DNA of 64,000 nt, taken from positions 257,156-321,155 of the forward strand of contig CAWHUW010000005.1 in NCBI GenBank assembly GCA_963832655.1, given 5' to 3'. The position numbers and the translations under genes are program-made. Each line of letters opens with the position of its first letter. Position 1 is the first letter of the stretch. This DNA comes from an uncultured Thermoleophilia bacterium. GTDB taxonomy: Bacteria > Actinomycetota > Thermoleophilia > UBA2241. The notes beneath the pieces are model-generated. The model saw only the letters and a list, made by a program, of their open reading frames with translations. It had not been told where the DNA came from and did not search any database. Positions 52,656-61,748 of this stretch are shown one piece after another.

Positions 52656-53036
52656 TGGCAGTCCGCAACATCGTGAAGATCGACGAGGAGCTCTGCAACG
52701 GGTGCGGTCTCTGCGTCACCCCGTGCGCCGAAGGCGCGATCGAGATGGTCGACGGCAAGGCCAAGGTCGTCAAGGACGAGCTCTGCGACGGCGCCGGCTT
52801 CTGCCTCGCAGTGTGCCCGACCGGCGCCCTCACCGTCGAGGAGCGCGAGGCGCCGGCGTTCGACGAGGAAGCCGCCGCCGAGCGCGTCGCCGAGAAGCTC
52901 GCCGCCGCCGTCGCCATCCAGCAGAACTGCTTCAACTGCGGCCGCAGCGAGATGGACGCCGTCCTCTTCCCCTGCCGCAACAAGGGCGCAAGCACCTGGG
53001 TGTGCGTCAAGTGCCTGCCCGCCCTCATCCACGGTT
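52656..53036 (+). CDS. Ferredoxin-like protein with one canonical and one atypical Cys motif plus a Cys-rich C-terminal tail.
   Basis: [11 protein letters not shown] (CxxCxxCxxxC), [12 protein letters not shown] (C-x5-C-x3-CP), then NCFNCG...FPC...WVCVKC. Confidence 0.65.
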
Positions 53037-53086
53037 GACCGGCGCCCTCGGCGCCTGAACGTTCCCAACTCTCCCAGGAGGAGTCC

Positions 53087-54952
53087 ATGGCCGACAGTTA
53101 CCACGCATCAGTCCACACGATGCTCGAAGAAGCCCGGGAGCAGGGCGAGGACACGGCGTTCGACCGCATGGACGCCATGGGCCGCCGCTGCACCTTCTGC
53201 GAGCAGGGCATCCGCTGCTCGCTGTGTTCGCAGGGTCCCTGCCGCATCACCGAGAAGGCGCCGCGTGGCGTCTGCGGGATCGACGCCGACGGCATGGCGA
53301 TGCGCAACTTCCTGCTGCAGAACACGATGGGCACCGCCACCTACACCTACCACGCGACCGAGGTGATGAAGACCCTCCGCGAGGCGAAGCCCGGCGGCAC
53401 CTACGAGATCAAGGACTGGAGCAAGCTCGAGACGCTCGCCTCCGTGGTCGGCGAGCCCGCCGAGCCCAGGGACACGTTGCCCAAGCGGGTCGCCGACGCG
53501 ATCCTCGCCGAGTTCAACCGCGACCACCAGAGCCCCTCGCCCTTCGTCGAGAAGATGGCGCCGGCTCCGCGCGTGGCCAAGTGGAAGGAGCTCGGCATCA
53601 TGCCGGGCGGCATCTTCCACGAGAGCATGTTCGCGACCTCGAGCTGTCTCACCAACGTCGACGGCAACTACGTGAGTCTCGCCCTCAAGGCCCTCCGCCT
53701 CGGGATCGCCACCGCCTACGGCGCGCAGATCCCGCTCGAGCTCGCCCAGGACGCGCTCTGGGGCACGCCGACGCCGCACCCCATCAAGGTCGACCTCGGC
53801 ATCATCGACCCCGCCTACGTCAACATCGTCGTCAACGGCCACGAGCCCATGGTCGGCGCCGCCCTGATCGCCGCGGCCCACGAGCCGGCGGCTCAGGAGA
53901 AGGCGAAGGCCGCCGGCGCCAAGGGCCTGCGCATCGTCGGCTCGATCGAGACCGGCCAGGAGCTCGTCCAGCGCTTCGAGGTCGACGACGTCTTCGTCGG
54001 ACTCACCGGCAACTGGCTCACCGAGGAGCTCGCCGTCGCGACCGGCGGCCTCGACGTGTTCGCCGCCGACATGAACTGTACCGTGCCGACCCTCGGCGCC
54101 ACCTGCGCCGCCCACGGCACGCTCCTCGTGCCCGTCAGCGACCTCGTCGGCATCGACGGCGCCGAGACGCCGATCGTCTTCGACCCGGCCAAGGCCGGCG
54201 ATCAGGCGAAGCAGCTCATCGAGCTGGCCGTAGCCAACTTCCCCAAGAGGAAGGCCCTCGGCCAGACCACCCCCGCGCTGCGCACGGGCGACGCCGTCGC
54301 CGGTTTCAGCACCGAGAGCATCCTCGGCGCCCTCGGCGGCAGCCTCGACCCGCTGCTCGACGTCATCAAGAACGGCACCCTCAAGGGCGTCTGCGGCCTC
54401 GTCAGCTGTACCACGCTGCGCGACTCGGACCAGGACAGCCACACGGTCGCGATCGCCAAGGAGCTCATCAAGAACGACGTCCTCGTACTGGCCATGGGTT
54501 GCGGCAACGCCGCCCTGCAGGTCGCCGGTCTCGAGGCCGCCGAGGCCAAGGAGATGGCCGGCCCCGGCCTCAAGGCGGTCTGCGAACTGCTCGGCATCCC
54601 GCCGGTCCTGAGCTTCGGCACCTGCACCGATACGGGCCGCATCTTGCTGCTCGTCGGCGCCATCGCCGACGCCCTCGGCGTCGACGTCCCGGCGTTGCCC
54701 GTCGTGGCTACGGCACCCGAGTACATGGAGCAGAAGGCGACCATCGACGCCATGGCGGCGCTGGCCTTCGGCCTGTACGTGCATGTGAACCCGGTGCCGT
54801 TCGTCACCGGCGCGCCGAACCTCGTCAAGCTGGTGACCCAGGACCTCCCGGGCGTCACCGGCGGCAAGCTCGACGTCGAGACCGACGCCAAGAAGGCCGT
54901 GGCGAACATGATGGCGTGGATAGCGGACAAGCGCCAGGCACTCGGGATTTGA
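53087..54952 (+). CDS. CooS-family (anaerobic Ni-CO dehydrogenase catalytic subunit) homolog. It has a CxxC-type D-cluster motif, and the CooS Cys-Cys pair containing Cys295 aligns to Ile-Glu.
   Basis: 621 aa, collinear from my memory of the CODH-II sequence: CTFCEQGIRCSLCSQGPCRI, GVCGIDADG (B-cluster Cys), NIVVNGHEP (His261 equivalent), DMNCTVPT (Cys333), GVCGLVSCTT (Cys446), AMGCGNAAL (Cys476), FGTCTDTG (Cys526), EQKA (Lys563). GICCTGNE in CODH-II aligns to GSIETGQE. Confidence 0.75.
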   Translation: MADSYHASVHTMLEEAREQGEDTAFDRMDAMGRRCTFCEQGIRCSLCSQGPCRITEKAPRGVCGIDADGMAMRNFLLQNTMGTATYTYHATEVMKTLREAKPGGTYEIKDWSKLETLASVVGEPAEPRDTLPKRVADAILAEFNRDHQSPSPFVEKMAPAPRVAKWKELGIMPGGIFHESMFATSSCLTNVDGNYVSLALKALRLGIATAYGAQIPLELAQDALWGTPTPHPIKVDLGIIDPAYVNIVVNGHEPMVGAALIAAAHEPAAQEKAKAAGAKGLRIVGSIETGQELVQRFEVDDVFVGLTGNWLTEELAVATGGLDVFAADMNCTVPTLGATCAAHGTLLVPVSDLVGIDGAETPIVFDPAKAGDQAKQLIELAVANFPKRKALGQTTPALRTGDAVAGFSTESILGALGGSLDPLLDVIKNGTLKGVCGLVSCTTLRDSDQDSHTVAIAKELIKNDVLVLAMGCGNAALQVAGLEAAEAKEMAGPGLKAVCELLGIPPVLSFGTCTDTGRILLLVGAIADALGVDVPALPVVATAPEYMEQKATIDAMAALAFGLYVHVNPVPFVTGAPNLVKLVTQDLPGVTGGKLDVETDAKKAVANMMAWIADKRQALGI

Positions 54953-55088
54953 CGGACGCCTGGCGCTCAGAGCTGTCGAGCGTTGCGGCGAAGCGTCACT
55001 GCTCCTGCGGAGAGAAGCGAGCCGCGCTGGGCATCTGATCGCGGAGCATGCGACGCCGCTGGCTGCGGCGTCGTCACACAACAGAACG

Positions 55089-55118
55089 CGACGGGGCGGG
55101 CCTCACGACCCGCCCCGT
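55089..55118. terminator. Bidirectional GC-rich hairpin between the cooS-like gene and the convergent small membrane gene.
   Basis: gacggggcggg-cctcacga-cccgccccgtc. Confidence 0.45.
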
Positions 55119-55129
55119 CGCCCGTTCAC

Positions 55130-55426
55130 CTACCCGGCGATGAGGGCGGTCGCGATCGCGCCGACGTAGATCCCCACGCAGCCGGCGGCGAGCCGCGCGG
55201 CCGCACTGGACGAGTCGGCAGTGTGCCCGTAGTCGTCGAGGCTCCTGACGGCGATCGGGTTGCCAAGGTTGACACCCAAGGCGAGGGCCCCCGCGATCAC
55301 GAGACCGATGCCGGCGATGGAGACATCGACGGTCCACACACCCTCGGCCTCTCCAAGGACGGCGGCCACCGTCGCGATGACGGCCGCAAGCGCAAGGCCG
55401 CCGCAGAGCCAGCGGAGGAGCGTCAC
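55130..55426 (-). CDS. Small integral membrane protein (98 aa, 3 TM).
   Basis: Hydrophobic, Gly/Ala-rich; ORF only. Confidence 0.4.
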   Translation of the reverse strand: MTLLRWLCGGLALAAVIATVAAVLGEAEGVWTVDVSIAGIGLVIAGALALGVNLGNPIAVRSLDDYGHTADSSSAAARLAAGCVGIYVGAIATALIAG

Positions 55427-55451
55427 GACCCCGTCCTCTTCTGCCCTGCGC

Positions 55452-56564
55452 TCACGGCACGTTCCAGATGCGCGTACCGACGTGGACCCGGGCGTAGAGC
55501 CAGAGGACGTTCTTGTTCGCCAGCCGCGTGCATCCGTGAGAGTAGGCGCGCGGGAAGCGGGTCAGGAGCCACGGCTCGTTGGTCCCGTGGATCGCATAGG
55601 CGCCCAGGTAGCGCATGCGGCGCGGCCCGTAGGGACCGCCGACCCAGTCGTCCTTGGCGTAGATGCGGAAGCCGCCCTGCGGCGTCGGCGTCGACGGCTT
55701 GCCCAGCACGCAGTCGAAGACGCGCACCACGCGCCCGTACTCGTGGTAGTAGAGCTTGTACTGCGACTTGTCCACGACGACGAAGTGAGCCTCGCGTCTG
55801 GACACGCCGTACGGGTTGGGATCCTTGACGAGGACGACCTCCTCGGGGCCGGCGCCGGCGACGTGATCGGCGTCGGCGGTCATCGCCAGGCGAAAGCGGA
55901 CGTATCCGCGCTCGTCACTGACCCAGCGGAAGAACACTCGGGACTCGTCGTTGAGCGTCACGGTCCGCCATCGGGTCCAAACGCCGTCGACGCGCCGCTG
56001 CACGTCGATCGCCGAGCCCGGATGGGCCGGCTCCACCTGCGCCGTGAACGCGACCTTCCACCCCTGGTACACGGAGCTTGTCGCGGTCATCGAGAGGCGC
56101 GGCCGGACCGAGACCGTCGTCTCGGCGGAGGCCGCGCTCCAGACCGCGTCGCCGGCGAACTCCACGCGATACGTCGCCGTCCGTCGCGGGCTCACAGTCC
56201 ACGACGCAGCGCCCACGACATCGGTCACGACCGTTTGCACGAGCGAATAGACCGCCGGCCCGGTGCCGCGCGAGACCGTCAGGACCGCGCCCGGGACGCC
56301 GAGTTGCGCGGTGAGGGTCGTCGTGCGCCCGGCGGTGATCGAGGATCGCGCCGCGCTGAGGGTGAGGGCAGGTGACGCGACGTCGCCCGCGGACGGCAGC
56401 TCGGCAGCACGTACCGGAGCCGGGCCGCAGACCGCGCCGACGACCATCGCCCCGCAGGCGATGACGCACGCCCGGACGAGGATGGCGCGAGCTGCCGACC
56501 CTGGATGAACGTGCACGACGACCCCTTTCTCCGGCCGGCGATCGCCGGCGGCGTTCGTCATGAC
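55452..56564 (-). CDS. L,D-transpeptidase (YkuD domain) with an N-terminal signal peptide and Ig-like domains.
   Basis: C-terminal YkuD motifs GAYAIHGTNEPW and SHGCTRL. Confidence 0.7.
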   Translation of the reverse strand, partial: VMTNAAGDRRPEKGVVVHVHPGSAARAILVRACVIACGAMVVGAVCGPAPVRAAELPSAGDVASPALTLSAARSSITAGRTTTLTAQLGVPGAVLTVSRGTGPAVYSLVQTVVTDVVGAASWTVSPRRTATYRVEFAGDAVWSAASAETTVSVRPRLSMTATSSVYQGWKVAFTAQVEPAHPGSAIDVQRRVDGVWTRWRTVTLNDESRVFFRWVSDERGYVRFRLAMTADADHVAGAGPEEVVLVKDPNPYGVSRREAHFVVVDKSQYKLYYHEYGRVVRVFDCVLGKPSTPTPQGGFRIYAKDDWVGGPYGPRRMRYLGAYAIHGTNEPWLLTRFPRAYSHGCTRLANKNVLWLYARVHVGTRIWNVP

Positions 56565-56642
56565 GATTCTCAGCCGGCGTGCGGATTCCTCGGTGGGCCA
56601 CGGGACACCCCCGGCGACGCGAGCCGGTGATAGCCTTGTCCC

Positions 56643-58967
56643 GTGGGCCTTTCCTTGTTCGCCACGGTGCCCAGGGGCATGGAGTCTCTGCTGGCCGGCG
56701 AGCTGCGCACGCTCGGCGCCGGCAAGATCCGACAGCTGCGCACCGGCGTGTCGTTCACGGGTTCGCTCGAGACCGCGTACCGGGTCTGCCTGTGGTCGCG
56801 CCTCGCCGGACGCGTGCTCGTCACGCTCGCCTCGGGGCCCGCCTATGACGCCGAGGCGCTCTACGCGACGGCGCGCCAAGTCGACTGGAGCGACCACCTC
56901 GGCCCGGACGAAACCCTCGCCGTGGACTTCACCGGCGTCAGCGCGGAGATCCGCGACACACGCTTCGGCGCGGTGCGTGTCAAAGACGCGATCGTCGATC
57001 AGCTTCGCGAGCGTCACGGCGGGCGGCGGCCGTCCGTCGACGCGCGCGCGCCCGACGTGCGCGTCAACGCGCACCTGGCGCGCGAGCACGTGACGATCTC
57101 GCTCGACCTCGCCGGCGACAGCCTGCACCGGCGCGGCTATCGCGTCGACAAGGAGCAGGTCGAGGCGCCGCTCAAGGAGACACTGGCCGCCGCCGTGCTG
57201 CGCTTCGGCGCCTGGCCGCAGGAGGCCGCCGCCGGGGGCAGCCTGCTTGACCCGCTGTGCGGGTCGGGCACGCTGCTCATCGAGGCGGCCTGGATGGCGG
57301 CCGACGTCGCGCCCGGGCTGCTGCGCGCGGAGGCGGCGGATCCGTCACTGGCGGAAGACGATCGGGCGCGGGGCGGGGCGCCCCGCGCCGCGGAGGGCTC
57401 GAGCCCTCGCGGCTTCGGCTTCACGCGCTGGAAGGGCCACGACGCCATGATCTGGGCGGTGCTCGTCGCCGACGCCCAGGGGAGCAGGAGAGTCGGACTC
57501 TCGCGGCTGCACGCGGCCGCGCCCAGCCTCGTCATCCGCGGCAGCGACAGCGACAGTCGCGCCGTCCGCGTGGCGCGGGCGTGCGTCGAGCGCGCCGGTC
57601 TGCACGGCATCGTCGCCGTCGACCAGGCAGACCTGGCCGACGTCGTCCCACCCGCCGCGCACGGTCTGGTCGCCGCAAACGCGCCGTACGGCGAGCGGAT
57701 GGGAGACCCCGAGAGCGCCGAGGCCGTCTGTCGCCTGCTCGGCGAGCGGCTCCGCGCCGCCTTCGGCGGCTGGCGAGCCGCCGTGCTCGCCGGCGACCCC
57801 CACCAGGCCGCGGCCATCGGCTTGCCGCTCGTCCGCGACACCGTGCTCCGCAACGGCGCTCTCGACTGCACGCTGAGCTACTTCGATCTCGACGCGGCAG
57901 CGGTGGCGCGCACCGCCCGCGCCGCCGCCCGGTCTTCAGCACACAAGGCGCACGCAGACGCGCCATCGGCGCGTGCGTCCGCCCCAGGTCCCGAGCAGCT
58001 CGCCAACCGACTGCGCAGGAACCTGCGCCACATCGGCCGCCTGATGCGCCGCCAGGACGTGACCTGCTACCGCCTGTACGACGCCGACCTTCCTGAGTAC
58101 AGCGTCGCCGTCGACGTCTACGAGCAGCGTCTCCACGTACAGGAGTACGCCGCGCCGTCGGAGATAGACCCGGTGCGCGCGGAGGAGCACCTGGACGAAG
58201 CGGTCGCCGCCATCGCCGACGTCCTTCAGGTCGACCGCCACGACATCGTGGTCAAGCAGCGCCTCCGGCAGCGCGGCGCGGCGCAGTACGAGCGCCGCGC
58301 CGGCAGCGGCGCCCTCCAGCGCGTGACCGAGGACGGGCTCGCCTACCTCGTGGACCTCGAGAGGTACCTCGACACCGGCCTCTTCCTCGACCAGCGCGAG
58401 ACGCGACGCCTCATCCGGCGCCTCGCCGGCGGACGCCGCTTCCTCAACCTGTTCGCCTACACGAGCACGGCCACGGTCTGCGCCATCGCCGGGGGCGCCG
58501 CGACGACGACCTCGGTCGACCTCTCGGCCACCTACCTCGACTGGTCGCGGCAGAACCTCGCCGAGAACGGCGTGACCGACGTGAGCGTGGAGCGCGCGGG
58601 TCGCGACGCCGGCACGACCCGCGCCGCCCACCGGCTCGTGCAGGCGGACTGCCTCACGTGGCTCGCCCAGGCCGAGGGCCAGTACGACCTGATCCTGCTC
58701 GACCCGCCGACATTCTCGAACTCCAAGCGCATGGGGGGCGCGACGTTCGACGTCCAGCGCGACCATCCGGACTTGATCCGCATGACGGCGCGCCGCCTGC
58801 TCGCCCCCGGCGGGGTCCTCCTCTTCGCCTGCAACAGGCGCGGCTTCAAGCTCGACCCCGCCGCGCTTCCCGGCCTCACCGTCAAGGACCTCTCGCGCGC
58901 CACCCTCGCCCCCGACTTCGCGCGGCGCGCCAACGCCCATCACGTCTGGCGGATCGAGGCGCGCTGA
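56643..58967 (+). CDS. rlmL: Bifunctional 23S rRNA methyltransferase RlmKL (THUMP domain and two methyltransferase domains).
   Basis: 774 aa; DPLCGSGTLLIEAA, PYGERMGD, C-terminal LILLDPPTFSNSKRM. Confidence 0.7.
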   Translation: MGLSLFATVPRGMESLLAGELRTLGAGKIRQLRTGVSFTGSLETAYRVCLWSRLAGRVLVTLASGPAYDAEALYATARQVDWSDHLGPDETLAVDFTGVSAEIRDTRFGAVRVKDAIVDQLRERHGGRRPSVDARAPDVRVNAHLAREHVTISLDLAGDSLHRRGYRVDKEQVEAPLKETLAAAVLRFGAWPQEAAAGGSLLDPLCGSGTLLIEAAWMAADVAPGLLRAEAADPSLAEDDRARGGAPRAAEGSSPRGFGFTRWKGHDAMIWAVLVADAQGSRRVGLSRLHAAAPSLVIRGSDSDSRAVRVARACVERAGLHGIVAVDQADLADVVPPAAHGLVAANAPYGERMGDPESAEAVCRLLGERLRAAFGGWRAAVLAGDPHQAAAIGLPLVRDTVLRNGALDCTLSYFDLDAAAVARTARAAARSSAHKAHADAPSARASAPGPEQLANRLRRNLRHIGRLMRRQDVTCYRLYDADLPEYSVAVDVYEQRLHVQEYAAPSEIDPVRAEEHLDEAVAAIADVLQVDRHDIVVKQRLRQRGAAQYERRAGSGALQRVTEDGLAYLVDLERYLDTGLFLDQRETRRLIRRLAGGRRFLNLFAYTSTATVCAIAGGAATTTSVDLSATYLDWSRQNLAENGVTDVSVERAGRDAGTTRAAHRLVQADCLTWLAQAEGQYDLILLDPPTFSNSKRMGGATFDVQRDHPDLIRMTARRLLAPGGVLLFACNRRGFKLDPAALPGLTVKDLSRATLAPDFARRANAHHVWRIEAR

Positions 58968-59134
58968 ACGAACCCGGCGACTCGCGCGTCATACGTTCCG
59001 ATGGGTGCCGTCCGCGCGCCGTCCTCCGGCTGCGACGACGTTTCGCAGGCGAGTCTGGACGTGTGCGTGGAACGGCATAGTATGAGCGACAGATGACGGC
59101 CGCCCGGCCGTCGGAGGGGAAGGAGATGGGGTCC

Positions 59135-61565
59135 ATGAGCACATGCACGAGTCGCAGGCGCGTCCCCGCGCGCGCGGCGATCCTGGCAGCCCTGGCAGTC
59201 GTCGTCCTGCTGGTCTTCGCGACATCGGCGGTCGCCGCGCCCACGGAGCCGACGCTCACGGTCGACGAGTTGCGCGCCAAGCTCGAGAGCGGACCGCTCG
59301 ACGGCTACCTCAAGACCGTCGTCAAGGGCTACACCATCGAGAAGATCCCAGTCACGGTCCAGGACATCGTCGAGCTGTCCTGGGGCAACCTGATCCTCGC
59401 CGAGGCGAGCGGTCCGGTGATCGACCAGCTCGGCAGCATCGCCTCCGGCATGAGCGGCAGCCCCGTCTTCGTCGACGACGGCGGGGTCGACAAGCTCGTC
59501 GGCGCCCTGTCGTACGGGAGCGACTTCACCATCGGCGGCACGTTCATGGCGACGCCGATCCAGTACATGTCGGCGATCGAGGCCGACTACGTCAAGCCGC
59601 CGGCGGCGGGCACGTACAAGCTGGCGGAGCCCGTGCAGACCGATGGCGGCCGCATCGACAGCGTCGTCATCGCCCGCGGCGTCAAGGCGGCGACGCAGAT
59701 CGACGCCAGGGCGGGTCAGCTCGTCATGGCCCCGCTCGGACTCATCGAGATCGGCGGCCTCGCGCCCCAGACCCGCGCCTACAAGGAGCTCGCCGCGAGG
59801 CTCGAGAAGCAGACCGGACTCCCGGTGGTGGCCGCGAGCGGCGGCTCCCTGGCGCCGCCCGAGGCGCCGCCCCTCGAAGGCGGCTCGTCGATCTTCCAGC
59901 TCTTCTCGCAGGGCGCCGTCTGGTACGGCTCGGCGGGGACGGCGACGTACGTCAACGGCGACGTCGTGGTCGCCTACGGCCACCCCGCCTGGTGGACCGG
60001 CCCCTGCGGCGCCGCCATGGCCGGCGGCTACGTGAGCGGCATATGGCCCAGCCAGTGGGCGCCGTTCAAGCTCATGGCCCCGCGCGACATCAAGGGCACC
60101 ATCGTCCAGGACCGCAACTGGGGGATCGCCGGCATCGTCGGCCAGGACCCCGAGATGGTCTCGGTCACCTCGACGGTGACCTTCCCCGAGCAGGGTGACC
60201 GCGTCGTCTCGACCACGTCGACCGCTGCGGAATGGGCGTTCAGGACCGACGGCTACCAGGACCTGGCCGGTTACCTGATCATGCAGGCGCTGTGGGATGC
60301 GTGTGACGTGTCCTTCATGCCCGGCAGCGCCGAGACGACGACGACCGTCCACGTCTCCGACGAGACCGGCCCCTATGTCGTCACGATCGACAACACGTGG
60401 GATTCCTTCGACATCACCTTCGAACCGGTCTTCGACGTCATGGACGCCCTCTGGGCCCTCGGTTCCGACCCGGACGGCGTGCTCGACGTGCGCCTCGACT
60501 CGGTCGACTTCCAGGCGACCATCTCCACGGCACGCAAGTCCGGTCGCCTCGTCGACATCGCGCTGCCGAACGGCCTCAAGACCGGCGACAACATCGTGAG
60601 GCTCAGCTACTACGGGTACGGCTCGCGCGAGCTGAAGACGCAGGATGTGACGCTGACGCTCCCCGCGGGGATGCCGGTGAACGGCGACATCGAAGTCATG
60701 CCGGCGAACTGGTCCTCCTGGGAGGACGGCATGGAGGGCGATGTCGCGGTCGCCGATCCGTCCGCGCCGGCCACCCTCGCCGAGATCGTCGACGCTCTCA
60801 ACAGCCGGCCGAAGAACACCGACCTGATCGTGACCTTCTACCCCCGCGAGGAGGGTGGCGGTCCGGAGCCGATGGGAGAGCAGAGCAGACCCACGGCGAG
60901 GGTCGGCGAACCCTCCGGCGGCGACGCCTCGAATCTCGAGCCCGTCGAGGTGACGGTGTCCACAGCCTGGGTGTTCCAGGACATGCTGGGCATCTCGACC
61001 ATCCCGGTCACGCTCGACGCCATGCCGGCGCGGGTCGACCTCGGTGAACCGGTCATGCTCAGCGGCACGGTCCAGGGTATCGCCGCCGACGTGCCGGTCT
61101 CGATCTTCAGGGTCGACGCCGCGACCGGCAAGGAGACCCTCGTCGACACGGTGACGGCCGCCTACTCGGAGGGCATGGCCTGGTTCGAAGCGACGGCAAG
61201 GCCGACAGCTGCACAACACGACCTTCGTCGCCCGCGTCGGGGAGCTCGAGGGCTGGCTGCCCGGCAGCGCCGAGGACACGGTCAAGGTGCGCGCCGAGGT
61301 CCGCCTGGCGACGGTCGGTGGAGGGCCGGCGCGTCCTTCTGGCGCCCATGGTTCGGCCGTCCGACACCGGCGGCAAGGTCGCCGTGCAGCGCTATGTCGG
61401 CGGAAGCTGGCGGACCGTGGCGACCCTCACGCTGAACTCGTCGGGCAGCGCCGTGAAGGTGTGGACCGCGCCCGGCGCCGGCACCTACCGCTTCCGGGCC
61501 AAGTTCCTCGGCAGCGCGCTCAACGCCGCCGGCACTTCCGCAGTCGCGCGCGTGGTCGTGCGCTG
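59135..61565 (+). CDS. Secreted S55 (SpoIVB-like) serine peptidase family protein with C-terminal Ig-like/beta domains. There are frameshifts near ~61200-61300.
   Basis: Signal peptide (AAILAALAVVVLLVFATSAVAAPT); GSIASGMSGSPVFV resembles the SpoIVB catalytic Ser motif. The C-terminal segment is in ORF 61318..61566. Confidence 0.45.
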
Positions 61566-61748
61566 ACGGAGGCGACGCCTGAGGCCGGGGACCTCGAACC
61601 CCGGATGAGACGCCGGGGGCGGGCCTTGCGGCCCGCCCCCGGCGTCTCCGCGAGCGGCCAAACGGCGCCGGCCTTGCTCAAAGTCAATGCTGAGGCATGA
61701 TCCCACCATGTGGAATGGAGTATCGAGTCATCGTCCTGGGGGTGCTGA

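Noticed and set aside
53087-54952. Initial reading of this gene as hybrid-cluster protein / hydroxylamine reductase (Hcp), because of the upstream Crp-family regulator and ferredoxin.
   Set aside because: Block-by-block similarity (QGPCRI, NGHEP, GVCG, AMGCGN, GTCTD, EQKA) is to CooS-type Ni-CODH, not Hcp. The Hcp idea is retained only as a functional hypothesis for the altered active site.
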